A stretch of DNA of 50,776 bases from a virus (IMGVR_UViG_3300046816_000391:1-50776); one strand, 5' to 3'. Counted from the first letter of the stretch, positions 34,192 through 42,743 are shown. Notes: a model not told the origin generated them from the sequence alone. Program-made: numbers and translations.

Positions 34192-34569
34192 ATGGCCGAA
34201 GTCCCATTCGACGCACTCGCTAAGCTCGCCGGCACCCGCAAGGTGAAGGCCGTGGCGATGTGGTGCGCGCGATATCGCATCCTGACGTTTCGGGATACGA
34301 AGGGCCGGCCCTGCACGACCGAGACCGCCCTTGACCGCGGACTGTTCCGCGGCAAGGATGACGAAAACGAACCGAACTACGAGCCGCCGCCGTGTCACAG
34401 CTCTCCTGCGGACTCTCAATCCCCGGTGTCGTCGAGAAAGACGGCCGGTATTACAAGATCATCCGCAACAAGTGGCACCCCCTCAGCCGAATCGACGAGG
34501 GGCAGAACGCCCTTTACCGCGCGCTCTACGAACTCGACCCGGCCCGGCCCGGAACGATCGGGGAACTGA
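34192..34569 (+). CDS. DUF4224-like putative excisionase
   Basis: LAKLAGTRK..AV..WC...I....D.KGRP..T; immediately upstream of and overlapping the integrase. Confidence 0.65.
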   Translation: MAEVPFDALAKLAGTRKVKAVAMWCARYRILTFRDTKGRPCTTETALDRGLFRGKDDENEPNYEPPPCHSSPADSQSPVSSRKTAGITRSSATSGTPSAESTRGRTPFTARSTNSTRPGPERSGN

Positions 34570-35312
34570 TCAACGTGTACCGAGCGACCGGCATGGACAA
34601 TCTGCGCACGAGCACACAGGCCCGCTATGGGCTGATGCTCACGCGCCTGGATCATCACTTCGGGAAAATGCGGATCGGTGCGCTGAAGCCGAGCCACGTC
34701 GCCGTGTTCCTCGAGAAGCGACGCAAGGCAGGACGCGGGGCAACGGCGGCGAACAGGGAGTTTGCCGTCCTGTCCTCCGTCCACAACTTCGGCATGCGTC
34801 AGGGCTGGCTTGAGACGAACCCCTGCAACGGAATACGCCGCAATCCCGAGAAGCCCCGCAAGCGTTACGTGACAAACGCCGAGTTCTTAGAGGCTTTCGA
34901 CAAGAGCCCCGAGCCGTTCCAGGACCTCATCGCGTTCGCCTATCTGACGGGCATCCGCCAGACCGATGTCATGAACCTTAAGCGCGCCGAGCACCTGAAG
35001 CCCGAGGGGATCGAGTGGGTGGAGAGCAAGACCGGCAAGCTGCACAAGCAGGAATGGTCCGATGCCGTGCGCTTCTTCGTACGTCGCGCGATGGAGCGCT
35101 TCCCCGAAGCCGAATACGTGTTCACCAACCGCTTTGGCCAGCAGTGGGGCGTCTGGGCGATCAACAGCCAGATAGCCAGGCTGGGAAGAGCGTGGTCGTT
35201 CAAGGACCTTCGTGCGAAGTCCCAGAGCGACGCTGAGCACTCGGTCCTAGGCCACGATGCCGCGATGGAGCGGCTCTATCGCAAGGTCATCAAGACGAGG
35301 CCGGTGCGATGA
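34392..35312 (+). CDS. int: Tyrosine recombinase / integrase
   Basis: ANREFAVLS...TNPC...RKRYVT; AYLTGIRQTD (R), SKTG (K), FKDLRAK (K replaces H in HxxR), LGH, LY (Y). Confidence 0.92.
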   Translation: MSQLSCGLSIPGVVEKDGRYYKIIRNKWHPLSRIDEGQNALYRALYELDPARPGTIGELINVYRATGMDNLRTSTQARYGLMLTRLDHHFGKMRIGALKPSHVAVFLEKRRKAGRGATAANREFAVLSSVHNFGMRQGWLETNPCNGIRRNPEKPRKRYVTNAEFLEAFDKSPEPFQDLIAFAYLTGIRQTDVMNLKRAEHLKPEGIEWVESKTGKLHKQEWSDAVRFFVRRAMERFPEAEYVFTNRFGQQWGVWAINSQIARLGRAWSFKDLRAKSQSDAEHSVLGHDAAMERLYRKVIKTRPVR

Positions 35313-35313
35313 A

Positions 35314-35498
35314 TCTTAGAGGCTACGGCGTGTTTCTTAGAGGGAAAGTGGTGGGCCGTGAAGGAGTCGAACCTTCGACCAAGAGATTAAGAGTCGGTCG
35401 CCTTTATACTGGATTCACGCAGAAAACAGCGTTATTCCCTCTAAGCATGGCAGCGACGATGGGCTGTTTTTCGGCCTCATTTGCGGGGGACCTTAGAG
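35314..35498. repeat. Putative integrase arm-type sites (CTTAGAG)
   Basis: TCTTAGAGG at 35314 and 35335, inverted CCTCTAAG at 35438, CTTAGAG at 35492, plus TCTTAGAGG at 34885 inside int. Confidence 0.7.
35349..35395 (-). mobile_element. attP: attP core: 3' half of tRNA-Lys(CTT)
   Basis: Minus strand GACTCTTAATCTCTTGGTCGAAGGTTCGACTCCTTCACGGCCCACCA gives anticodon loop CTT, T-arm and CCA; no 5' half; 36 bp after int. Confidence 0.9.
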
Positions 35499-35591
35499 AC
35501 TTTCCGAACTACCTCGCCGACAGAATGAGGCGCTGTCCGAAAAACGGTAGAGCGTTGATATCTGCCATCGATCCGCGTAATAAGCTACTTG

Positions 35592-36002
35592 ATGGAAGCC
35601 TTCGAAGACGTCGCTCTACGCGCACGTATGCGCTATTTAGCGCTCCGCAAACAGCCGGCTCGGCAAATCTACGTGATGCCGGCACGCGAATATCTGAAGA
35701 TCGGTATGGCGATCGATCCGGCCGCCAGATGGCGAACGCTGAGCAGCGCAAACCCATTCATCGAACTGCCGATTTATGTGAGCCGCAGCATGGCTTCCGC
35801 CCGCATGGCGGAACGAGAAATCCACCGAAGGCTCCGTCAGTACCAGGTGCTGAGCGCCATCGCAGGACGAGAGTGGTTCAGTTGCAGTCGTCAGCTCGCG
35901 ATAGAAATCGCTACACAAGTAACGGACGAATGGGCCACGTGGGAGCAGCAAGATGATCGATCTGATTACGGTACCGCGATTCTGCGCGCTCACCGGCTAT
36001 AG
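35592..36002 (+). CDS. GIY-YIG (T5orf172/MUG113-like) nuclease
   Basis: IYVM...LKIG...DP..R...L...NP...EREIH..L...GREWF. Confidence 0.8.
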   Translation: MEAFEDVALRARMRYLALRKQPARQIYVMPAREYLKIGMAIDPAARWRTLSSANPFIELPIYVSRSMASARMAEREIHRRLRQYQVLSAIAGREWFSCSRQLAIEIATQVTDEWATWEQQDDRSDYGTAILRAHRL

Positions 36003-36147
36003 CGACGATGCCGTAAGGGCGAAATTTCAGGCCGGCATCTGGAAGGAAAACGAGGTCTGGCTCAGAGCGCCGGACAATCGAATCCTCATCAGTATCCTGG
36101 GTTACGAGGATTGGGCCCGCGGACGTACCAAGAAGGGGAAGTCTTGA
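35953..36147 (+). CDS. Excisionase-like protein
   Basis: RFCALTGYSDDAVRAK...GIW.E..VW.RAPDNRILI...GYE.W. Confidence 0.8.
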   Translation: MIDLITVPRFCALTGYSDDAVRAKFQAGIWKENEVWLRAPDNRILISILGYEDWARGRTKKGKS

Positions 36148-36184
36148 ACACTCAATCACCTCCTACATCCACACCGGAGCATCC

Positions 36185-36421
36185 ATGAGCACTGCCGGAG
36201 ATTGGTTCGCCGACGAGCACGAGTTCCGCCAGCTCTGTGGCGATGCTCAGTCGCAAGCCGTTGGCGAGTCGTCGCAGGACTTCGCGGCTGAGATGGTCAT
36301 CAAGGCGAAGGAGCGTGGCCTTTCCACGTATCTGAGCGACAAGCAACTGGCGTGGCTCTGCAAGCTCGCCGATTGGGACCTGCCGAAGCGGCGCTCCGGT
36401 GGCAATGGAGAAGCGAAGTGA
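36185..36421 (+). CDS. Hypothetical protein
   Basis: GGAG RBS; LSDKQLAWL motif. Confidence 0.7.
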   Translation: MSTAGDWFADEHEFRQLCGDAQSQAVGESSQDFAAEMVIKAKERGLSTYLSDKQLAWLCKLADWDLPKRRSGGNGEAK

Positions 36422-36657
36422 CCGCTTGGCTGCAGCGAATCTACTACCGCTACTTCTTCCGCTTTCGGTTCACCCACTTCGAGATCAAACCGAAGCGGAT
36501 TGGTTTCGTGCTTGTGCCCCACGAGCTCGCCAACGGCTTGATGAAGGACGGCTGGACCATTGCGCCGGAAGAAGATAGCAATCGCCGAGCCGGTATGGTG
36601 TTCCTTGAGAAGTTGGAGCAGCCGTCATTTGTCAGCGCAGGAGCGCCTCGTGAGTAG
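36418..36657 (+). CDS. Hypothetical protein
   Basis: GTGA coupling. Confidence 0.55.
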   Translation: MTAWLQRIYYRYFFRFRFTHFEIKPKRIGFVLVPHELANGLMKDGWTIAPEEDSNRRAGMVFLEKLEQPSFVSAGAPRE

Positions 36658-36862
36658 CTTCGACACATCGGATAGAGCGGCGCGACTTGAAGCTCACTAC
36701 TCGCGCATGTGCGTCTGCGGGCATCGATTCGGGACGCATACCCTGTTTTCCGGCTGCATACTTTGCGACTGCGGATGCGCGAACGACACACTTCGCACCG
36801 TCGAATACACGGACCTTACCAGCGTGAGCGGTCCTCCAACCGTGGGAGGTGAGCGTGGGTGA
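36650..36862 (+). CDS. Cys-rich hypothetical protein
   Basis: AGGAG RBS; CVCGH...H...C..CDCGC. Confidence 0.6.
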   Translation: MSSFDTSDRAARLEAHYSRMCVCGHRFGTHTLFSGCILCDCGCANDTLRTVEYTDLTSVSGPPTVGGERG

Positions 36863-37160
36863 GTCAATTCGACTGAGGCAGTTAGCCGCCGCCATCGAAG
36901 AGTACGAGGCCTTGAAGAGCTTCGACTTCAAAGTGGCCAGCGGCAGTGACGTCCGCGTGGAATGGCGACTCGGAGCCGCGTGCGTTGGCTACAAAGAAAC
37001 GGCCGCCGCTATCTCCACCATCGTTGGCGAACGATACGACGAACTGCGTGGTGAGGCGCTGTCTCGCGCGGCGGGGAAGATTCAGGCCGCACGAGTCGAT
37101 CTCGAAGACTGGCGGGCGCAACAAGGCCCCACGTCTTCAGCTCGGGAGGATGAGCGGTGA
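36849..37160 (+). CDS. Hypothetical protein
   Basis: GGAGG RBS. Confidence 0.6.
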   Translation: MSVGESIRLRQLAAAIEEYEALKSFDFKVASGSDVRVEWRLGAACVGYKETAAAISTIVGERYDELRGEALSRAAGKIQAARVDLEDWRAQQGPTSSAREDER

Positions 37161-37492
37161 GCATTATCTGTGTGAGAGCTACGTTCGAATGCGACGGATG
37201 CGGCGGGCAGTTCCGTATCGAAATGGACCCTGCCAGCATGAGACCGAAGGGCTGGTCTCTCACCGAAGAGGCCGAAGACTTTCTCAGGGGTATGTGCGGC
37301 GCTGACGGCGGGATGCCAGCGATGGTGCATGACATGCACCTTTGCGACGACTGTGCGGGCGTTGCCGCGAGCTGCGGCCCCGATGATCAGGAAGGGTATT
37401 CGTCCAAAGAGGTGATCCAAGAGGCATTGGCCAGGACGCCTCGCAAGCCGAAACGACGCTCTGCCTCACCACAGGAAGCGACTCATGACTGA
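37157..37492 (+). CDS. Zinc-finger hypothetical protein
   Basis: CDGCG...PKGW...HLCDDC. Confidence 0.65.
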   Translation: MSIICVRATFECDGCGGQFRIEMDPASMRPKGWSLTEEAEDFLRGMCGADGGMPAMVHDMHLCDDCAGVAASCGPDDQEGYSSKEVIQEALARTPRKPKRRSASPQEATHD

Positions 37493-37688
37493 CTGCTGGT
37501 GCTGGAATTGCTGCTATGGGATCAATGATCCACATACCGGCTTGCCAATTGTGGGAAGTCGTATGATCGTGTGCCCAAAGTGCGGCAACAAGCGCTGTCC
37601 GCGTGCGACCGACCATCGATTCGCGTGTACCGATAGCAACGAGCCTGGGCAGGCTGGCAGCCGCTTTGCAGATCAACCAATCGGGTGA
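37485..37688 (+). CDS. Cys-rich hypothetical protein
   Basis: CWCWNC...RMIVCPKCGNKRCPRATDH..AC..SNEPGQ. Confidence 0.7.
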   Translation: MTDCWCWNCCYGINDPHTGLPIVGSRMIVCPKCGNKRCPRATDHRFACTDSNEPGQAGSRFADQPIG

Positions 37689-37691
37689 TGT

Positions 37692-37934
37692 ATGACGACA
37701 GACGAAATACTCACTGCGTTGACCGACGGGTACGACAACAGCACTGTAAAGATTAGCCGCTCGCTTGGCCCGACAGGCTCCTATGCGTGGCTGTGGGACA
37801 TTAACTTCACTCGGTCCATGGGACGCTATCCTGATCCGCCATTGTACGTTGAGGCCAAAGAGACCGCCTTTACGTTGCAGGGCGCGCTAGAAGGGATCAA
37901 GCGCCAGGTTGACGAACAAGTGAAGCGCGGATAA
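37692..37934 (+). CDS. Hypothetical protein
   Basis: Tight operon packing. Confidence 0.6.
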   Translation: MTTDEILTALTDGYDNSTVKISRSLGPTGSYAWLWDINFTRSMGRYPDPPLYVEAKETAFTLQGALEGIKRQVDEQVKRG

Positions 37935-37942
37935 CAACCATG

Positions 37943-38140
37943 AGTGCCTACAGAGTGAGCGGTGTGGAAAGCAGACACACAGCGTGTGAACGTGTCGCGC
38001 GCCGCGTCGGAATCTCGCCCTTGCTGAACAAGGGAGAAGCAGGTGTAGGCGACCTGCACGGGCCACCTTTGAAGCACGTTGGGCCCGTTGGAGTTAAACA
38101 AGGCAGCCGGGGTAGCGTCCGGCCTCACTCTGTAGGCGCT
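37943..38140 (+). ncRNA. Putative tRNA-like multi-arm structured RNA
   Basis: Closing helix GCCTACAGAGTGAG/CTCACTCTGTAGGC (14 perfect bp, 17 with flanks) enclosing six hairpins. Confidence 0.7.
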
Positions 38141-38160
38141 GGTAACTCATCGGGACAGCC

Positions 38161-38409
38161 ATGAACGTCGGACAGCCAGTGATGACGATTGCAACGTGGG
38201 ACGAGGAAGCGTGGATGCCGCCTCCACCAATCGGCAGCGTGGGCACGATCAGTGGCCCACTGGATGAGGGCGACTATCTGGTGCTATTCGATGACTATCC
38301 CTGCCCGGTTGGCGAGCCTGACTGGTATACGCCGAAGTGGGCAATCGTTCCAATTGGCGATGACCCGGACTCACGCCGCGTCGAGATGAAGGAGACACTC
38401 ACGTGCTGA
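38161..38409 (+). CDS. Hypothetical protein (SH3-like)
   Basis: VGQPV...PPIGSVGTI...YLVLFD. Confidence 0.6.
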   Translation: MNVGQPVMTIATWDEEAWMPPPPIGSVGTISGPLDEGDYLVLFDDYPCPVGEPDWYTPKWAIVPIGDDPDSRRVEMKETLTC

Positions 38410-39353
38410 CAAACGAGCGGAGTCTGGATATTCCTGCGGACTACTTCAGCAGCGAAGAGTCGCGGGAGTATGTCGGCCGACAGTGGCAGCGGTTATGCGG
38501 CGAACTCGACGCAGCCGAGCAGAACGCGAAGATCCTGCGCGAGCAGATAGCCGCTCACGAACCGGTAAAGAGGTACTACGTCGATGCGGGCAAGCTTGCC
38601 GGCGTGACCGAATCGGCCGAGGGCGAGTTCGTACGCTATGCCGACATCAAGCACCTGCTACAGGTCGAACCGACACGTGAGCCGATGGCTACCAGCTCAG
38701 AGCGCGTCTCAGACGAGCGCCTCACGCAGATCAAACGCTCGTTCATCATGGCGCTCGACAAGGGCGACCCGAACTACATCGTGGACCTCGAATGGAACGA
38801 GGGTGTATCGATCCTGAACGAGCTGACGTTCAAACGAGCGATGTATAAGGGCAGCTGGGACGCGACCCTCTACGAATGGAATCGGCTGGCTGGGTCGGAA
38901 GCAAAGCCTGCCGCGAAATGCGTTCTGTGCGGCATGATGCCCGACGAGGTCGCGGCGCGGGGCTGCTTCTACGATTACGACAAAGAGCGCGGATGCGCAC
39001 AGGCGATCAAGGGGGCTGTGAACCGGCAGGAGCCATTCAGTGGTTCCATCTTCGGTGGCGGCCCGCCGCCGGGATCATACTACTCGTGGCAGGGCCGCTT
39101 CACATCGTGGAACGGAGACTTGCGCCCCCAACCGGTAGATGCTTCCAGAGCTGAGGAAATGAAGCGATGGGTTCTGCGTCGTCCTGATGGGAAGTACTAC
39201 GCTGAAGATGGCTGGGGCCGCGCGTTCTGGGTCAGCGACCCGACTCCATTCATCTGCACGCGCGCTAGTGCGGAGAGCCACAATCGGCAGGAGATCGCTG
39301 AGGGGTGCGCGCTTGAAGAGTTTCCTTTGAACCGGGAAGTAAAGCATGAGTGA
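38403..39353 (+). CDS. Mosaic hypothetical protein
   Basis: AGGAG RBS; patchwork of GEFVRYAD, VSDERL and CxxC segments. Confidence 0.65.
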   Translation: MLTNERSLDIPADYFSSEESREYVGRQWQRLCGELDAAEQNAKILREQIAAHEPVKRYYVDAGKLAGVTESAEGEFVRYADIKHLLQVEPTREPMATSSERVSDERLTQIKRSFIMALDKGDPNYIVDLEWNEGVSILNELTFKRAMYKGSWDATLYEWNRLAGSEAKPAAKCVLCGMMPDEVAARGCFYDYDKERGCAQAIKGAVNRQEPFSGSIFGGGPPPGSYYSWQGRFTSWNGDLRPQPVDASRAEEMKRWVLRRPDGKYYAEDGWGRAFWVSDPTPFICTRASAESHNRQEIAEGCALEEFPLNREVKHE

Positions 39354-39645
39354 TAAGGCGCGAGCCGGTACGCTGTTGTGCGTGGATTCTGGCTGCTATT
39401 CAGACTATGGCGTCACTGGTTTCTTCGTGGTGCTGAAGGACTTCGCGCCGAAGGCGGAGCTTGACGAGTTCGTTTCGACGCGGCCAGAGCAGGCTGCCGA
39501 CTACCAGTTTCAGGAGCATGAATTCATGGCTGCGTTACTGGCAAAGGGCTACTTACTGGAAGTCCCCTATGGAACGATGCATCTGACCGACTACAGCCGC
39601 GCGTCGGAGTTCTTTTTCACTCCCGCGGCCTCGGAGCCGCAGTGA
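39346..39645 (+). CDS. Hypothetical protein
   Basis: G.YSDY motif; coupled. Confidence 0.65.
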   Translation: MSDKARAGTLLCVDSGCYSDYGVTGFFVVLKDFAPKAELDEFVSTRPEQAADYQFQEHEFMAALLAKGYLLEVPYGTMHLTDYSRASEFFFTPAASEPQ

Positions 39646-39652
39646 GATCCGC

Positions 39653-39853
39653 ATGAGACCGAACTGCGGCACGTGTGGCAAGGACTCCGCCCAGCGCTAC
39701 CACTGCGGCGGTCCGAGCTACTGCGATCACGGCATCGGCCTGCAGCGCGAGTGCCCTGAGTGTCACGCGTCCAAGGTTGAGGAAACTGGCGCGAGCTACC
39801 AGTGGTTTTGCCATTGTGGGTGGCTGTCGGAACAAGTGAGCGCGCATGAATAA
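39653..39853 (+). CDS. Cys-rich hypothetical protein
   Basis: Four C/H pairs in 66 aa. Confidence 0.55.
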   Translation: MRPNCGTCGKDSAQRYHCGGPSYCDHGIGLQRECPECHASKVEETGASYQWFCHCGWLSEQVSAHE

Positions 39854-40040
39854 GCAAGTTGGCAACTTCGAAATCAAAACGTATCAGGACAGCGAGACGG
39901 TCACGGTCGTTTACCACCATAACGCCAGCTTTGCCGAGCAGGTCACCTTTCGTGGCGCCAATGATCTTTGGGACCTTCAATACGCGATTAGCTGCGCACT
40001 GCGCGAGCGTTCGGAACGCTCCGCTTCGAGAACCACATGA
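39846..40040 (+). CDS. Hypothetical protein
   Basis: Overlap-coupled. Confidence 0.55.
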   Translation: MNKQVGNFEIKTYQDSETVTVVYHHNASFAEQVTFRGANDLWDLQYAISCALRERSERSASRTT

Positions 40041-40285
40041 CAGCTAGAGACGGGCTTTTTCTATTGTTCGGCGCACTCTACGGCGTGGCGCCGTTCGTCT
40101 TGGCCGATCTATATCATCGTTGGCGCGCGCAGCGTCTAACCGGAGCAACGCCGTCGAGAGAGATCATCTGGCGGGCTTGGTGCTGGCTGCGCTGGCCGAA
40201 GAATGACGTTCGCCACTATGGTGCACGCGGTGATGGGGAGACTGACGACAGCGAAGCATTCAAACGCGCAGTGCGTCGAGGATAG
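40037..40285 (+). CDS. Hypothetical membrane protein
   Basis: N-terminal hydrophobic helix. Confidence 0.55.
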   Translation: MTARDGLFLLFGALYGVAPFVLADLYHRWRAQRLTGATPSREIIWRAWCWLRWPKNDVRHYGARGDGETDDSEAFKRAVRRG

Positions 40286-40291
40286 AAGCCC

Positions 40292-40537
40292 ATGACGATC
40301 GACGAAGAAATCGCGAAGTGCCAGCGCATGATAGATCTCGCGAAGCAGGTAAAGGTCTTCGCCAAAGAGCCGCTGAACGTCGGCAACATCCCCGGCGAGA
40401 TAGACCGGGCCCTCGGGCTGGCTTGGTGGAATGAGCGGCGCTATCGCCTTGTCGTATCGGTACACGAAGGCCAGTGCCGTCACGAGACTCGGCTAGCCGA
40501 GCTGCGCGGCCTAAAAGCGCAGATGTACGCCGGCTAA
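40292..40537 (+). CDS. Hypothetical protein
   Basis: GAGG RBS. Confidence 0.6.
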   Translation: MTIDEEIAKCQRMIDLAKQVKVFAKEPLNVGNIPGEIDRALGLAWWNERRYRLVVSVHEGQCRHETRLAELRGLKAQMYAG

Positions 40538-40585
40538 CATCCTAGCTGAGAATCAAAGCCCGAGACAGGGCAAAGGATAACGACG

Positions 40586-40801
40586 ATGGAACCGCAAGAC
40601 TTCCCGCAACAGGGAAACCTCGAAAATCACGAGTATGAGCCAGAAGGCCCTAAAATGCCGTGGGCGATAGCATTATGGAGAATGCTTTTGATCTTCCCGA
40701 TTATCGCGCTCTGCGGGATCGTGTGCGGCTTCGTGCTAATTGGCTGGGGCCCGAGACGGGCCCTGCGGTTCTGGGCCGATACGATGCGAGAGTCTGAGTG
40801 A
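40586..40801 (+). CDS. Hypothetical membrane protein, last early gene
   Basis: AGGA RBS; one long hydrophobic segment. Confidence 0.55.
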   Translation: MEPQDFPQQGNLENHEYEPEGPKMPWAIALWRMLLIFPIIALCGIVCGFVLIGWGPRRALRFWADTMRESE

Positions 40802-40926
40802 TTAGTGTAGCGACGTCAGGTGTCCTTCCTGTGCCGCATGCACACCTCCAAAGCCAGTTATCTCCTGCCAACCGCTTCACGGCGGTAAGCCTGCCATTAA
40901 CATCGCCGGGATTGGTGAGCATCTAT

Positions 40927-41439
40927 CTATTGTAGTCTTATCGCTCGCTGCTCTCTGTACCAATTCGTCCAGAACTCGACTCTGGCTGCATCGGCTTCGC
41001 AGTCGGTGCCAGTTCCTGTAATGCTGTCTCCAGCCGCTGTAGCGCGGCTTTCCCTTTCGGCGGCGTCAGCATCTCCGGTGACACTTCCGGCCACTCCGGA
41101 CACCGGCTCACGACAGGCACTGGCTGCTGCGATGCGCATGCTGAGATCATGAATGCGCCTATTAGCGCCAGCACTACGGAGGGTGAGCGATGAGAGGGCC
41201 TCGGCATATTGCTTCTCCAATTCCCGTGTTTGAGCAGTGCTCGCAGCTTCCAGCAACGCTGCACGAGCATTGGCTTCGTCGCGTGCGATCGCCGCGGCCG
41301 AAAACAGTGGCTGCCAGTGAGCCTCAGAAGCCGCGTAGCCGGATTTGTATCCTGCGTGATTCACCCATAGGGCCGCACCGATGAGGGCCATGGCGCCCGC
41401 GAGGATGGGCCAGAATCGTGCGAGTAGGCCAAGCCACAT
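40927..41439 (-). CDS. Rz-like i-spanin
   Basis: N-terminal TM helix plus Ala-rich coiled coil; downstream of holin. Confidence 0.8.
   Translation of the reverse strand: MWLGLLARFWPILAGAMALIGAALWVNHAGYKSGYAASEAHWQPLFSAAAIARDEANARAALLEAASTAQTRELEKQYAEALSSLTLRSAGANRRIHDLSMRIAAASACREPVSGVAGSVTGDADAAERESRATAAGDSITGTGTDCEADAARVEFWTNWYREQRAIRLQ
40938..41207 (-). CDS. Rz1-like o-spanin lipoprotein nested in Rz
   Basis: Signal VVLALIGAFMISAC lipobox followed by Pro-rich CPEWPEVSPEMLTPP. Confidence 0.78.
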   Translation of the reverse strand: MPRPSHRSPSVVLALIGAFMISACASQQPVPVVSRCPEWPEVSPEMLTPPKGKAALQRLETALQELAPTAKPMQPESSSGRIGTESSER

Positions 41440-41753
41440 CAGGGTTGTACCGTGGTTGTAATGGTGCTGGCGGAGGTGGTGCGCGTCGAGGTCGGCTGCT
41501 GGTTCCAGTCTCGACCGTTGGCCGAGTATTCGCTAAACACCATCTTCAGGAATCCCAGCACCGCGACAAAAACGATGCTCGCGAATCCAGATGCTTCGAT
41601 GCCGCGGTCTTCCTTGGGTAAGGCGATGTACCAGAACAGAAGCCAATGAGTGACTTCCACGGTCCAGAGGAAACAGCCGATCAGGAACAGACGCGGGAAG
41701 ATTCTCCAGCTATCGATGAGTTCCGCCCAATCTAGGAGCTTTGTTTTACTCAC
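41439..41753 (-). CDS. Holin (2 TM)
   Basis: GTG overlapping endolysin stop; IDSWRIFPRLF and two hydrophobic helices. Confidence 0.7.
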   Translation of the reverse strand: MSKTKLLDWAELIDSWRIFPRLFLIGCFLWTVEVTHWLLFWYIALPKEDRGIEASGFASIVFVAVLGFLKMVFSEYSANGRDWNQQPTSTRTTSASTITTTVQP

Positions 41754-42277
41754 GTAATCCCCAGCGCCTTTCGCGCATAGATGAAATGATCTATGCGATC
41801 GTCGATGCCGTTCCAACCGCCATTCCAAACCTTGCAGGCGGTACCGAACTTGTGCGCATCGGCAATAGCGCTCAGGCCATGCGTCGACCAATACCAGCCA
41901 GCCGACTGGGCTGCATATTCGGGCTGCTCGAGTAGTTCAGGCTGCGCCAGTAGATCGAGGCCGAGTGCAATACCGCAAACCGTGTAGTTTCGTCGCCCAG
42001 TGATCTGCCCCAACCCTCGGCCAAGGAATCGAGGGCCGTCACCTGGCTCGGTATTACCGAGATCTGCACGACCTTCATAAGCGCTCCCGTCGGTAAGTTC
42101 CCGCACGTAATGAAGACTGCCGCTCTCTACCGCGATCTGCGCAAGGAAGATGGCTTGCCGCATGGGGGTGCTGATCGAGAAGTGATCGAAGGCATCATTT
42201 ATCGGCTGGACGAAAAGTTCGATGCGGTCTGCCGTGGCATGGGGGAGTGCGATGGCGAGCTGTGTACTGGAGATCAC
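41750..42277 (-). CDS. Endolysin, glycoside hydrolase family 19
   Basis: FLAQIAVESG...YEGRADLGNTEPGDG.RF.GRG..QITGR.NY...SAGWYW...NGG.NG..DR. Confidence 0.93.
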   Translation of the reverse strand: MISSTQLAIALPHATADRIELFVQPINDAFDHFSISTPMRQAIFLAQIAVESGSLHYVRELTDGSAYEGRADLGNTEPGDGPRFLGRGLGQITGRRNYTVCGIALGLDLLAQPELLEQPEYAAQSAGWYWSTHGLSAIADAHKFGTACKVWNGGWNGIDDRIDHFIYARKALGIT

Positions 42278-42528
42278 CGTTCGTCCATCCTCCGCTGCTT
42301 CTCGATCGCTGTGGCGTCCTTTCGGTTCAGGTTTATCAGTTCGTCCATACGCTGATTCATCTGCACGTGTGAGGCATCGAGCTTATCGCTGTTGGAGGCA
42401 GAGACCGCCGTCCCCTCATCGATCTTGCGGCTATTGCGGCGACTGACCTGCACATTCCACAGGGAGGCAAGCGCCGCAATGAGCACACCAGCGCCAGTCA
42501 GGATTTGGCCAACTTCGGTTGGGCTCAC
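42274..42528 (-). CDS. Single-TM lysis-module protein (holin/antiholin candidate)
   Basis: N-terminal TM; H.Q.N.RMDELI motif; adjacent to endolysin. Confidence 0.6.
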   Translation of the reverse strand: MSPTEVGQILTGAGVLIAALASLWNVQVSRRNSRKIDEGTAVSASNSDKLDASHVQMNQRMDELINLNRKDATAIEKQRRMDER

Positions 42529-42743
42529 GGATCTTCAGCACTCATCACGGCCTTATCGATAGCCCAGCAGATGAAGAGTCGGTCCGAGAATGAGAAGGCC
42601 GCTGGAACTGGACGTGCTCGAAGCGCATCGATCTTGACAAGCTCCGCATCCGTGTAGTGATCGCGGACGCCTGCATACTCAGTACTGGCTGGATCGAAGA
42701 TGTCGAGCAGCGAATTCTGAATGATCACAATGCTGTGGCTCAC
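42525..42743 (-). CDS. Hypothetical protein
   Basis: AGGAG RBS, coupled. Confidence 0.55.
   Translation of the reverse strand: MSHSIVIIQNSLLDIFDPASTEYAGVRDHYTDAELVKIDALRARPVPAAFSFSDRLFICWAIDKAVMSAEDP

Noticed and set aside
35349-35420. Intact tRNA-Lys gene
   Set aside because: The 5' half (acceptor 5' strand, D-arm) is missing and the anticodon stem is broken; it is the attP core
35309-35956. 215-aa ORF downstream of int
   Set aside because: Runs through attP and overlaps the GIY-YIG gene in another frame; no recognisable motifs
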